Positions 25,721 through 38,559 of a stretch of 64,000 bases of DNA are shown here, piece by piece. The notes under the pieces were generated by a model. That model saw only the letters and a list, made by a program, of their open reading frames with translations. It did no database searches and had not been told where the DNA came from. How positions within the stretch are numbered: position 1 is the stretch's first letter; every line of letters begins with the position of its first letter. Source of the DNA: Lama glama (Eukaryota); NCBI GenBank assembly GCA_028534125.1, contig CM052816.1, positions 43,588,001 through 43,652,000 on the forward strand, in the 5' to 3' direction. The position numbers were made by a program, and so were the translations under genes.

Positions 25721-26859
25721 CATCTCTGATTGAAGGACAAGACCTAGGAGCTAGTATGCTGGTACTTGTAATTAGCTGGCTTTGTCACATGTATTTAATT
25801 TAAATCTATGAACAAGAATAAGGCATCAGTCAAGGGAAGAGCATTTCTTACCCAGGGTCATATTTACTATTTTATTTCTCTCATCACACAGCTGGGCTGT
25901 TGAACATTGCAGTAGAAAATCATGAAACTCTTCTGAGTGGATCTGTACAGAGTCATGCTTTCTAATTTTACAGCTGCTCACAATTGTTTTGCTGACTCCC
26001 TATCACATTTTCTACAGCAGCATTTCCACCTCATCCTCCATCTCAGCAAAAGCCTTTACTTCTGGCTTGACTGAGATTAATGTTTGGAAGTGTGCTCTGT
26101 TGGAGTATTCTCTTCCTGGTCCTCCTGCTTCCATGTCTTCCAGGAACGAACAGTATGGGAGCAGTTTTTCCTCTCCCCCATCCACTCCTTACTGTTACCC
26201 GTGAGGATGAGTGACTGAGCTGATTGTTGGTACACGTACACTCTGACAGCCAAGGGTCTATGTTCTTTCATTAGTTAGGTTGGATATTTCATTCAGTTCA
26301 CTGCTGCCTTTACTTATCTTTCTTCTACGTCTTCTAAAGTAGTCTGTTCTCAGGGTGAATGTGCTATCTTCTCTCCTTCATGTGACAACTTAACCGTGGC
26401 AGGCATACATGGCCCAACAAGATACCAGTTTATTCAACACATAGTCACAAAGTTCATCTCCAAGTAGCATTTACTCTGTGGCACTCACTGAAATAGGCTC
26501 TGACGGGAGTAGAGAGATGTCTAGGACCATTCTGGTCCTCGAGGACATTACACGCTCATTGGCAAATTAAAGCCAATAACTGGAAAATAAGGTCTGTAAA
26601 TATAAAAACTATGTGTGTTTCTAAGAAACATACAGAGTATGAAATTCCAGAGAAATAAAACAGATGATGTAAACAACAGACTATGGAATTCCAGAGAAAT
26701 AAGAGATCACATTCAGTACAGATGATAAAAAGAAGAGATCATTTTCAGTGAGATAATCCAGAAAACACTCCAGATTCTCTACAATCTGAATACTGTAAAC
26801 TTCCCTGATCTTACATGCCACTACTTCTCGGTGAGAACAGGAAACAGTGTTTTCCGTGC

Positions 26860-27270
26860 TTCAGTTGATCCTTATAATAATGCTGCAAAGAGGTATTCTT
26901 ATGTCCATTTCATAGACACAGAGCTGCCTAGAAAATTAAAGTCCTGAGGATTAAGTAATTTGCTTAGAGTCACATGGTTAATCACTGGTAGAAAAGGAAA
27001 ACCCAAGTTTGCCCATTTTGATGTCCATGTTTTCTTAAAATGAGGCCACTTTCCAAATTGATGTAGGATGAAGAGCTCTGGTTATGATTGAGAAAGTCAG
27101 GGTTTGAGTCCTGGAACTGCTATTTCCTATGTGTGTGACTTTGGACATTTCACTTCTATACTCTGCAGTGTCTTCCTTTGTGAGATGGACATGAAAATTC
27201 CTGTCTACTCCAGGAACTTTGGAGAAGTTAAGATAAGACAGGCCTGAGACAGGCCATCTGAGTGCTTGTT
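26860..27270. mobile_element. Two adjacent MIR fragments in opposite orientation
   Basis: CCATTTCATAGA...TAAGTAATTTGCTTAGAGTCACATGG (minus) then GGGTTTGAGTCCTGG...TGTGTGACTTTGGACA (plus). Confidence 0.6.
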
Positions 27271-27309
27271 CTGGGTCTATGCAAGGAACCACACTCTTAT
27301 TTTCCCAGC

Positions 27310-27722
27310 ATGAACAGACTGGCTTCCCTGGAACCAGACTGTGAGATGGGGAGTTGCATGCTAAAGTGTTACTGGACAGTGGTCTTGGTAGACACATCTC
27401 TAAGGAAGTAAGCAAGTAGGCAGAGTAAGAAACTGGATAGCACTGCAGGTACATGTGCGGACTCAGCTGATCTCCACAGGCACTCTGGGCTGAATGGCCT
27501 TTCAGGGTTGACTCAGATTGAGGCAAAGGAGCCTGAGCCTTTTTCTCCCTGAATAAGCCAGTCACTGGCTATGGGTCACCCCTTGGGAGGGGCTGTAACC
27601 TTGAGCGGGGCAATTCTCTGTAGCTGAAGGCCATCCCCGATGAGGGGTGGACTGACATTCCCAACAGCCTGAAAAGGGCCCTGAAGAGCAGATCTGGGTG
27701 GGGCACGTCGGGGTCCACTGCA
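27310..27722 (-). mobile_element. LTR16-family ERVL solo LTR
   Basis: CAGACTGTGAGATGGGGAGTTGCATG...CTCAGCTGATC...GATTGAGGCAAAGG...CCAGTCACTGGCTATGGG...GATCTGGGTGGGGCAC...TCCACTGCA. Confidence 0.7.
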
Positions 27723-28099
27723 AGGACACAGGTCACTAGGAGCCCTACCACCTCTGCCACGTTCTCTCAGCACTTTCTCCTGTTTCTTAGCCCTTCCAAC
27801 ATTATAGTACATGCCATCGTTGGCACTTTCCTCCCCGTCTGACTGTGATTTTAGAGCCATGTCTTGCATCTTTGAGCCTCCAGCTCAGGCGTGTACTAAC
27901 AATAGGTAGGAACAGCTCAATGAGTGTTTGATGTTGGTGATGTTACTGGTGATGATGATATACCAACTATACTGCTGGGCAATGAAGAGTCTGCAAAGAA
28001 AGATGATAAAATCCATTTGACTTGCCAAATATGTAATTATAGAATAAAACTAAGAGATGTGAAAGAATTAACTATAATTTACAAAGAAACTTAGACATA

Positions 28100-28750
28100 A
28101 ATAAGTGCTCAATATATTTCCATAGAGATGAGTAAATGGATGAATAAATGAATGTATAAGAGCAAAATTAAGTGCCAACTGGCTGGCTCTAATTCTGAGT
28201 GTTACTCGGCAAAACTTTGAAAGAAACAACTGTGGACTGCAGATTAGGAAGTCAGAATGATTCCTTGAAGATGGTGGCCTTGAGCTGGGCCTTGAAGTCT
28301 GGGTGGCATAGAGATGGGAGAAAAGTTGAAGAGAACTCAGAGGGGGAAGATAAGGGAATATTTTGTGGCAGGCAGGAAAATCTCAGACATGAGAGATTTG
28401 GATATGCACAAGGGCAAGTAAAGACACTTGCTCGCTTGGGGTGAAGTGCATTTGTGGGTGGATTGTGGGGTGCAAGGCTCAATAAATAGGGGAGTTGGAA
28501 TAGATGGTGAAAGGTTAGAGGTGTTGACAGTGGAAAGTCATGATGGAGTCCTGAGTTGGAGAGTGAAAAATGAAAAAATGAGTTCAAAAAGTGCAGGTCC
28601 TCAGAAGAGAGAGAAGAGAAAATCCGTTAGAGGAAGAGAGACCAGACCAGACAGAAGTTTGGAGTGGCATTTAAATATAAGTGATGAAAGTATGAATAAG
28701 GAGAGTGTTTGAAATTGGAATAGAGTATAAGGGTGGAGCTCAGGAGTTAA
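28100..28750 (-). mobile_element. L2 fragments
   Basis: ATGAGTAAATGGATGAATAAATGAATG end repeat, then GGCCTTGAGCTGGGCCTTGAAG and a purine-rich body. Confidence 0.55.
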
Positions 28751-29085
28751 TCTGCAAGGAAAAAAAAATAGGACTTAATAACAGAACTTGCTGATTTTTC
28801 CCACTTCTTTATTTCTTAAATCCAAGAATGTTGTTAAAGATGAGAAAAAAAGGAACTCCGAATTTCTGGAGTAGTTATTCTCTTTAAAAAACTAATGCCA
28901 TTATCCACAATGTGTGTGATTCTTAAAGCATTAAGAAGTACCTCTGCACCATGACCAGAATGACTTCTTTGAATTGACTAGGCCAGTTAAGTCCCAGTTT
29001 AACCATTTCAACAAGCCAATTATCTATCCTGTGTATAACTTTTCGTAGTCTACTAAGTGTGTTCACACTTTAAAGTGGCCAGTTG

Positions 29086-29547
29086 TCCCGCTGGCGCCCC
29101 CACGGCCGAGGAAGAGGAGGACGAGTACGCAGAGGGGCTGTGCTGGGGACGGGGCTCCGGTACGCAGAGACACGCGGCTGCGTCCCCGGATCGCCCGCCG
29201 CCGCCCGTGCCCGTGAGCATGGTTCTTCCTTCCCTGACAAGAGCTCTTGTAAGACACCAGCAGGACTTAACCGGAAGATGTTCTGTCACACGTTAATACA
29301 GTCGATTTTAAAATTGCAAAACCCAACTCTAGACACATTTGTTCTACACAAAAGGGACTGTAGGCATAGTTACCTCTTCTCTGGGGCTCCTATAATTGAC
29401 TGTTAGAAAAGTTTCTTTGCAGCTGCTAAAAGTGAAGTTTACCAGTTAAACAAAACAATATTTTAAACATTTGTTTTCAAAAGGAGGTGTATCCCCCATG
29501 ATATTAGCTGTATTTAAATTATTAAATCTTCAGAGGTGAAAAAAAAA
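29086..29547 (+). pseudogene. Retrocopy (processed pseudogene) of an unidentified polyadenylated transcript
   Basis: Exact direct repeat TAAAGTGGCCAGTTG at 29071-29085 and 29548-29562. L1-EN-type TT/AAAG site. ATTAAA at 29521-29526 and an A9 tail at 29539-29547. GC/CpG-rich 5' segment foreign to the AT-rich flanks. Confidence 0.88.
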
Positions 29548-30274
29548 TAAAGTGGCCAGTTGAAAACAATAACTCAATTTAGCCAAAACATCTAAGCCAA
29601 CAGTACACTGTTTCTATGTATCTCTAACTCTTACCTACCTATCAATCATCTGTATCTACACCAGCAAGACTAAAGTTAGGTCATTCACTTCTTGATGTAA
29701 TTTCGTGGTGACTTGGTCTTGTCTCCAGGCAGGTCTGGTACAATATGACCTTGGTTGAAGGAGCATGTTCCTTGTAAGTACAGACATGATGTGTGATGTA
29801 CATGGTATTTGTCATGAGTATTCAAACTCTGACATTTTAGAAATGCAAAGTATATTAGACTGAATTCCTTTCTACTTTTTCATCTTTCCTATTTTAAATT
29901 GCTGCATAACTTAATGGAAACAAACACGAGTCTACTTCCTGAAAGGACTCAATTTGGGGCTACATAAAATTAAAACTATTCTTTTAATATTTTATACCTT
30001 TTTAATGTAAATATATCTTTTGATTAATTATATTCTTTTTATATTACTGATTTATTCCATCACTACTTATATAAAATGAACCTACCTTTAAAATTTATTA
30101 AATGTGTAACAAAATACAATGCTTGAGATTACTTTTTGTTCCTGTATATTGCTGCTTTAATACTTTGAATTTCCTTCTTGTTTCATATTGCTAGGCAGAT
30201 ATTTCAGAAGGAAGAAGCATAGTTTTCTTCTTCATGGTTTTATTCTTTTTAATGCCAGCCATTCTGTTGGGCTA

Positions 30275-33200
30275 TTTTTTAAAATTAAACTTTGCCTTTA
30301 GAGCTAATCCTAGATTTGCAAGAAATAATACAGAAATATCCTGTGTATTCTTTACACATATTTCCTACAATGGTAATATCTTCCAAAACCATAAAATAAT
30401 ACACAGCCAGGGTATTTACATTGATATAGTCAAGATACAGAACAGTTCTGTCACCACAAGGAGTTCTCATGTTGCCCTTTTATAGACACACCCACCTCTC
30501 CTCTGTACTGTACCCCTGCTGGTTCTCCTCGAACCTGTTCTCCATTTCTATCACTTTACCATTTCAAGAATGTTACATAAATAGAACCCTACAGTATGTA
30601 ACATTTTAGAATAGGCTTTTTAAAAATTTAACCTGTATAGTTAACTGGAGAGTTAAGTTGTTGCTTGTATCCACAGGTTTTTTGCTAAGTGGTAGTATTC
30701 TATGACATCGATTGGCTGTTTAAACAATCACCTGTTGGACACCTGGGTTATTTCCAGTTTGGGGCTGTTATATAAATATTTATAGCAACCTTATTATAGA
30801 TGATAAAGTCAGTTTACTACCTTTGCCAGCTATGGATCATGCTTTCTGTGCTGAGCCCTAGATCCCGAAGATTCCTCTCATGTTTTTTCCTAAAATCTTA
30901 TAGCTTAAAGTTTTAGATACAGTAACTCTTATCTATTTTGGGTTAATTTTTGTATAAGGTGTTAGGTTTATGTCATAGTTTTTGTTTTGTTTTGCACATG
31001 GATGCATAGTGGCTCCAGCACTAATTGAAAAATCTATCCTTCTTCCATTCAAAATCTTTTGTACTTCAGACAAAAATCGGTTAAACATATATGTGTGGTA
31101 CTATTTTTGAGTTCTCTATTCTGTTCCACTGATCTATGTATTTACCCCTTCATCTGTATCACACTGTCTTGATTAATGTAGTTAGGTGGTAAAACTTACT
31201 ATCCGGTAGAGTGATATCTCTCACTTTTTTTCTTTGTCAAGATTGTCTTAGCTATTCTTGTTTCTTTTTCCTCCTGTATACATTTTGGAATAATCTTGCC
31301 TGCATTTCACAAAAACTTGCTGGGATTTTTATAGGAACAAATATGGAGAGAACGACATCTTCACTATGTTGGCCTTCCAGTCCATGAACATGGAACATCT
31401 CCCCCTTTTTTCAGATCTTCATTTTCAGCATATAGTCCTATGCATAGTTTATTAGATTTGCAAATATTTCATTTTTTTGAGCAACTGTGAAGAGTGTTGT
31501 ATTCATAATTTTAGTGTCCACATGTTCACTATTGACATAGAAATGGGATAGATTGTTCTGGTTGCCTTGTATCTTGCAAACTTGCTGAACTCACATTACT
31601 TTTAAACATTTTTTAAAAGATTTCTTGGGATTTTTTTATGTAGTCAGTCATGTTATCTGCAAATAAAGGATTTTTATTTCTTCTCTTCTCATCCATATGC
31701 CTTTAATTTTCTTATCTGACTGCACTGGGTAGAATCTCTAACACTATGTTGAATAAGAATGTGACAGTGGATAGCTTTGCCTTGTTCTCAATCTGAGGAG
31801 GAAACTAGTTAGTTTTTTTTTTTTTACTATGAAGTATGTTAGCTATAGGTTTTTTTTTTGAAGATGCTCTTAATCAAATTGAGAAAATTCACCTTTATTC
31901 CTGTTTTTTGGACAGTTTTAATCACAAGTGGGTGTTGAATTTTTTCAAATGATATTTCTGCCATGATTGATATATGATGACATGAATTTTTCTATAGCTT
32001 GTTAATATGGTGGATTATATTGATTGATTGATTTTCAAACATTGGACCAGCCTTGAAGCTTTGGAATATAATCCTTTTGGTCATGGTATATAATTCCTTT
32101 TATATATTGCTGAATTCTATTTGCTAATACTTTCTGAAGGATTTTTACATCTAGATTCACAAGGGTTATTGGTTTGTAGTATTTTATTGTTTATCTGTTG
32201 TTTTTTATTATCTTTATTTGGCTTTTAGTTCTAGCTTCATACAATTAAATTAGGAAGTGTTTTGTCCTCTCTTGTTTTCTGGAAAAGAGCATGTAGAATT
32301 TGTATTAATATTCCTTAAAAGTTTGGTAGTATTCTCCAGTGAAACCTTCTGGGCCTGAGGAACTGGACATGGTGGGCATAGATTTTTAATTACAAATTCA
32401 ATTTCCTTAAGAGTTAAAGGTCTATTCAAACTGTCTGTTTCATATAAGATAAGCTATGGTAGTTTGTGTTTTTTGAGGAACTGATCTATTTCATGTAAGC
32501 TGTCAAATTTATGTGTGTAGGGTTGTTCATAGTACTCCTATATTACCCTTTTGATGTCTTGAGACTCTGTAGTGGTATCCTCTGTTTTGTTCCTGATACT
32601 GGTAATTTGTATCTTCTGTTTTTGTCGGTCTTGTTGGAGGGTTATCAATTTTACTGATGTTTCTTAAGATGTAACTTTGTTTCATTGGTTTTCTTTATTA
32701 TTTTTCTGATTTCCAATTTTATCCATCTGCTCTTATCTTTTAATATTTCCTTTCTTCTGCTTGATTTTGCTTTATTTTTCCCTTTTTCTAGATTCTTGAT
32801 CTGGTAGCTTTGATTATTATTTGAGACTTTTACCCTTCCCAAATAAGTGCCTCTACTGCTACAAATGTCCCCCCCTCAGCATTGCTTTAGTGGTGTCTTA
32901 CAAATACTGATTCACTGTATTTTTATTGTCATTCAGTTCAATGCACTTTTTAGTCCACTTAAGACTTCTTCTTTGACCCATGGATTATTTGGAAGTGTGT
33001 TGCTTAGTTTCAAACTGTTTGGAGATTTTTCTCTTATCTTTTTGTTTTTGATTTCTAGTTTAAGTCCATTATGGTGAAAGAACAAACTGTAAATGATTTC
33101 AATACTTTTCAACTTGAAATCTGTTTTATAGGCCAGAATATGGTCTATCTTAGTGTATTATCTGTAGACATTTGAAAAGAATGTGTGTTCAGGCCTTATT

Positions 33201-33660
33201 AGGTGGAATGTTCAACAAATGTCAATGAGATCCTGTTGGCTGATGGTATTGTTGAGCTGTTCTATATCCTTGTTGATGTTCTGTCTTAGTTATATCCATT
33301 GTTCAAAGGCGGTGTTGAAGTATTCTATTATGTTTGTGGATTCGTCTGTTTCTCTGTTTAGCTGCACCAGGTCTGCTGGTGCTTTTTTCTGTAGCTGATT
33401 TTTGGTGAATACACATTTAGGACTGCTGTATCTTTTCGGTAGATTAAACCTTTGTCATTAAATAATGTCCCTCTTGTCTCTGGTAACTTTCTTAGCCCTG
33501 AAGTCTACTTTATCTGATATTAGGTAGGAAATCCTGTTTTCCTTATAATATAATTGTCTTAAATATATCCTCTAGATACATTTAGAACCACATCAGGTAG
33601 TGTTATAATTTTTGCTTCAACTATCAACCATAATTGAGAAAACTCAAGAGATGATACCCA
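30275..33660 (-). mobile_element. Old LINE-1, L1MC1-like, with internal deletions
   Basis: 3' end GAAATAATACAGAAAT...CAATGGTAATATCTT...GATATAGTCAAGATACAGAACA...CATGTTGCCCTTTTATAG matches L1MC1 as recalled. A T-rich antisense ORF2 remnant follows (e.g. 32651-32842 KAKSSRRKEILK...KIIKKTNETK). Confidence 0.85.
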
Positions 33661-36600
33661 TTTTCTTTTTTCCCCTCTATATCTCATACTTGTTTCTCTT
33701 TCTACTTTGTACCACTTTTTAAATTGAAATTACTATTCTTTTCCAGATCTATAAGTCTTACTGCTTTCCTCTGCTACCAGACACTACTTATCATCTGAAC
33801 TTGTTCAAAGCAAGTGATGTTAGAGATCTCTTTTACTTTCTTCTGAAAGAAAATGAAATCTAATTATAATTTTTACACAAAGATAACAAGGATGATAAAA
33901 TCCTGAAATGTGAAAAGGAGATGTGAAAAAGAACATTCACAATCATCTTAAAGAGTTTTGAGACACACGTTTGATGTATACACTGATCTGCAGCAAGATC
34001 TTGACATTGTCATGTAACATTAAGATTGCAAAATAAGTAAAGACAGTGTTTCATCTTACACTAATTTTTACCAAAAGATGGGGCTGAATAAAAGCCAGCT
34101 GAACCTATGCCAGGCCCCAGGCATATGTACAAGGAATTGCACAGCTATGAAAAAGCAAAACTACAGTAAATAATGTGATTCAAGTAGACAGATGTTGCAG
34201 GTGACTGTGGCTTTTATTTTAAATAAAAATCTAGCTGTCCTTTCATTAACATGACTTTGCCTCATATTTTTCCCAAAGTTACATTCTTCAAATCCAATTT
34301 ACATTATAATTTTTTATTTTCTGAATTACTTCTTATCTCTGCTGCCTATTTGCTGTGAAGGTAGATACAAATGATAAATCTTACTATTTAAGCACTCTGG
34401 TTTTATAAAGTAAGGGCAAATGGAAAACATTTTTGGTTCAGAATTTGTGTCCCGAAAATTGTGTGGAACATTAATCATTTGATTGTGGAGTTTGATTAGA
34501 AACCTCTGAAAGTTGCTCCTTTCTCTCTGGCCTTTCATGTCGTAAACCTTGCCTCTTTGGAAGTATTTGTTATTTTGCATCTTAGTTTATTGACATGTTT
34601 CTGTCTCATGAGAATGTGAGCTCCTGGAAGGCAGGGATCGGCACCTTCTATACTTGTTAGCCAAACTAATGTATTATTAGAAGGAATGATTTTCACTGCA
34701 AAGTTTATTTATGACTTTATAAATGATAATTTTAGAGGAAATAAATCTTCTAGCTAGTTGCAAAAATATTTCTTCATTATCATTTGTGAAGTGGACATGG
34801 ACTTTACTATTTATCAATCCATCAACTGGTAAGTATGTGACATCTACCTTAGGTTGTTCAATATGCTGATTGCTGTAGGAATGTGAAAGTAGTATAAAGT
34901 GTAATTCTCTCCTCATGGGAGTCTCTAATTTAGTTGAGAAGATAAGACTAATAGATGGAATAATTTAAGTAAATCTAAGTTTACATACAACATGGGCCTG
35001 CAATCGTGTGGTGCAGAATTTGCCCACTAGAATTTCAAAGTAGGAGCAGGTCACAGAGGGCTGGAGGAGCAGGGAAGGGCTCCTAGAGTAGGTGAGACTG
35101 ACATAGGGTCCTAAACTATGTGGTACAGTTTGGGTGGATGGAGGGAAAGACCTGTGGTTTGGGGAGAATGAGGAATTTCCTAACTAAGAGGACTTTAAAT
35201 AGGACATATTTTTTAAATTATGGAAAAGAAAGAAGAGATCTCAAGAACCATTGAATCTTTTGAGTTCACTTCCTCTTTGTTTTATGGTGAGGATCAACCA
35301 GATTTCTCAGAGGATGATGAGTGACATAGATAAAGAAATACCTTTGTTGGAGGCTCAGGATAATGGCTGTCCAAGCCTGACAGGCCATCTTCAATCTCAA
35401 TGAGCAAAGACTAAAGCTTGCAAATGGGGTGGGATAATCAGAGACCTCTGGGATAGAGAAAGATCAACAAGCAAAACTGCCTTCGGCCCTGGTCTCTAAC
35501 TTGCAGCGTGCCCAAGATGACACAAGGGCGGTGGCCTTAGAGCTTCAACCCAGTGAACTCATTAAGGAAAGGACTTCTGGTTAAGGATTTTTTTCCCCAG
35601 CCATTGCTGAATACATCAACCCTGGCATGGATATCTTTCAATTGGAAAGATTATGCCTGTGTGTAAATTTAATACATAAGTGTTTAATTATGTAAGTTAT
35701 GTATTTTTGGTATTTGTTTTGAATATGATTTATGAAATGTTGGCTTGTAGAAAATTGGCATATATATGTTGAAGCAGGTTTAGAATTTTTATCAACATAA
35801 ATTGTACATGAAATGTACATTTTATATACCTCGGTAGTGTTATCACTCTTTCTAACACATTTAAAGGAAGAAACCTATTCTCACATTGTGGGTTTCAAGA
35901 ATAAGTGGGGAAAAAAACTCATAAAACAATTCTCTAGGTTTCCCTAGAAAATGTTCTTTCTGCTCCATATGTGCCTTGAGTTTTATAATTAAACTCATGC
36001 CTGGACCAATGTCATTTGAATTTTAAAGGTTATGTACATAGAATGTCAAAACAACCATTTAAAACACATTAGTAAAGTGAAGGATTGGCCAAGATCCTTC
36101 TTGAAGTTTCCCACTACACTCAACATTATCTAAGGCTCCTCATGAGAAACATTGTATCTACTGTTGAGTGCTTTGGTTGACACTCTGCTAAACAACCAGT
36201 TGACTGACTTTCTTGACAAGGTCCCAGATTCTCTGGGGATGCAGACACAACCTCACGTGAAGCAGCACCCTCCACAATCACTAGTGGATCGCAAGGTAAT
36301 CATGGTAGCAGAGCAATGAGAGAGGCGGCTGTCTCACTGCCATTAATCTGGGCACCACATGTTTGCATGAAAAATTTGTTAAGTACTTTAACTTGGAACT
36401 TGTTTTGTCTGTAACTTTTGGGAACAAGAGAACTTCTATTGCCAAGTTTAGAATGGTCTTGAATTTTACGGCTATTTCAGTTTGTATCCAAATTTGTGTC
36501 AGCTGGATTTCACTTTGGTCGTGTTGGCAACACATGACTTTCTGGTTCTGAGACAGACTAATTAGAAGGTGCATAGTCATCAGATTGCTAACCGCACATT

Positions 36601-37229
36601 TTAGGGAGCTAAGTGTAAATAAATCAAAATCATATGAACTAAATTTACTGAAGAATACACGTGAATTTAAAAATTAATGGAAAAAAAATCAGTGCCAAAA
36701 CGACCTGTTTCTTTTCTCAAAACCAAAAACACTTAAGACATTATTTACTGAACTTAAAGTTGTAGTTGGGCTTGTCAATTCCTGTTGGAAAGAAAAGAAG
36801 CTCAAAATGGCAAAGCAGTGGATGGAAAAATACTCTAACAGAAGAACAAAAGGCAAAATTCTATTGGAGAAGGTTATGCTTTTCTCAGATTGTGAAAGGC
36901 ATCTCTATTACCTCAGGATACAGAATTTTCCACCTAGAATCAGAGATGTCGTCTCAGGCCTGGCCCATCCTTGAAGGCTGCTCAGCCAGCAACCCCCCAC
37001 CCCCGCCCCCCACTGGGTTGAGGTCCCCACCGTGTGACTGGCAGTTTGGACTTGGACTTGGCACACAAATCTCTGTTCTTGAGGCAGCCGTTGCACATTT
37101 ATGGACTGCAGAGAGAAACCAGTCTCTCTGGAGCTTCCCCCACGTGGTGTTTACTCTCTCCCTTCAGACTCTAGAAAACTGGTTTAATTCATTTTTCTCA
37201 GAATGGTTTTAGTTTTTAGTTATTTGCAA

Positions 37230-37800
37230 GGGTGGAAACTCACATGTGTTACTGTAAGAAAAAAGGGGTTTTATTATAAGGATTTACATGGAACGTAAGA
37301 GAAGATAGCAGGAGAAAAATCAGCTCTCTAGAGCCCCTCTCTCCTCCCCCTCTTCCCCCCAACACACACTGTCTCTCTTTCTTGTTCTCTCTCCCTCCTT
37401 CTCAGCTGCCCTCTGAAGTTTGCTCTTTTTTCTCTTCTCTGCTGCTGAACTTTGCTTACAAATTGTTTTGTTCTCTCATCGTTTTAGTTTACACATGGTC
37501 TCAGTTTGCTGTGACCAACTCTATCTGCTGGCTTCCTTTTAGCTTTTGCCTTTATTACTAACTGGTTCAGTCTTTCTGCGTTTTCTGAAAAAAATTCCCA
37601 TTTAGGGAGAGTGAGGTCCAGCTTACCTTCTTACTCTCGGTGCTGGCCTGGGTGGCTGGCTTCACAGTCAAGCGTCAACCACTCATCCAGTCACCCCTGA
37701 TTGGAATGGTGTTGTGTGACACAAAGCATGGCCATCACATGGGGATCTAGGATGCAGGATGGTGGTAGGGGCAGCATCTCTTTCAAAGGGAGGGGGTGGA
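37230..37800 (-). mobile_element. Possible old MLT1 (K/L/M-like) LTR
   Basis: AAAAGGGGTTTTATTATAAGGAT start and ACCACTCATCCAGTCACC...GTGTGACACAAAGCATGGCC end. Highly diverged. Confidence 0.4.
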
Positions 37801-37859
37801 CGTTTGTTGACACACGTGGACACATTTCATAAATTATTCGATGTGTGTGTTTATATGCC

Positions 37860-38540
37860 TTTCTACCTTGTTATTCTCCAGATTAAAGATTTCCAGGCTT
37901 TTTAATTTTGGCTTACAGTACAGGGTGTTGAGGTCTTTACTATTGTATCTTTTTTTCTGTACATAATTTGGTTGATTTTATATTCCTCTTAAAGTGAACA
38001 TCTGGAAGGTCAGAAGTTTTTCCGGGCTGATCTGACCAGTTTGTGATAGGAGCAGCACCTGCCAAGTTTTAATACTTTACTTGAACTAATGCTGCCCAAA
38101 ATCCAATTAGCTTGTTCTGAGAGTCAGTTTCTCTTGTTGGCTCATAGACCTTGCTGCTGGCTAGAGTCTCTACGTCCTTTTATGTCCATGCTGCTAAGAT
38201 AGCCCTCTTCCCATCTCATGTGCAGTTGACTGTGCTTAAGTTCAAGACTCTTTTGTTTAAATTTTATTTTTGTTAAAAATAAAACCATTAATAAGTAAAA
38301 CAAAACCTGCTCCCCGTCCACTAGAAACTTACATTTGTCACTGATCAATACTGGGTATAAAGAAGGTCCTTAATTATTTAATAAATAAATGGAGAAAAGT
38401 CAGTTCGTTAGGATTTGCCTTTGCAATCACCTGTTAAAGCTTTTCAGACTTATCCCTAATCTGTTACCCAATATTGTTACTCTCAACCTCACGGGTAGTA
38501 GTCATTTGATCATGTGCCCTCTGATCCAATTATTTTTGCT
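37860..38540 (-). mobile_element. L3/CR1 LINE ORF2 remnant
   Basis: TTCTCCAGATTAAA...CCTCTTAAAGTG...GATCTGACCAGT...TAATGCTGCCCAAAATCCAATTAGCT...TGTGCAGTTGA follow the order of the L3 consensus as recalled. Confidence 0.65.
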
Positions 38541-38559
38541 CTTTTGCTCTACTCTGCTC

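Noticed and set aside
27035..27869. 176-aa ORF and neighbouring ORFs
   Set aside because: They span MIR and LTR16 remnants and are chance open frames.
29053..29406. Four overlapping ORFs as intact genes
   Set aside because: They cross the insertion boundary or use non-ATG starts and are open mainly because of high GC. I recognise no protein. Treated as part of the retrocopy instead.
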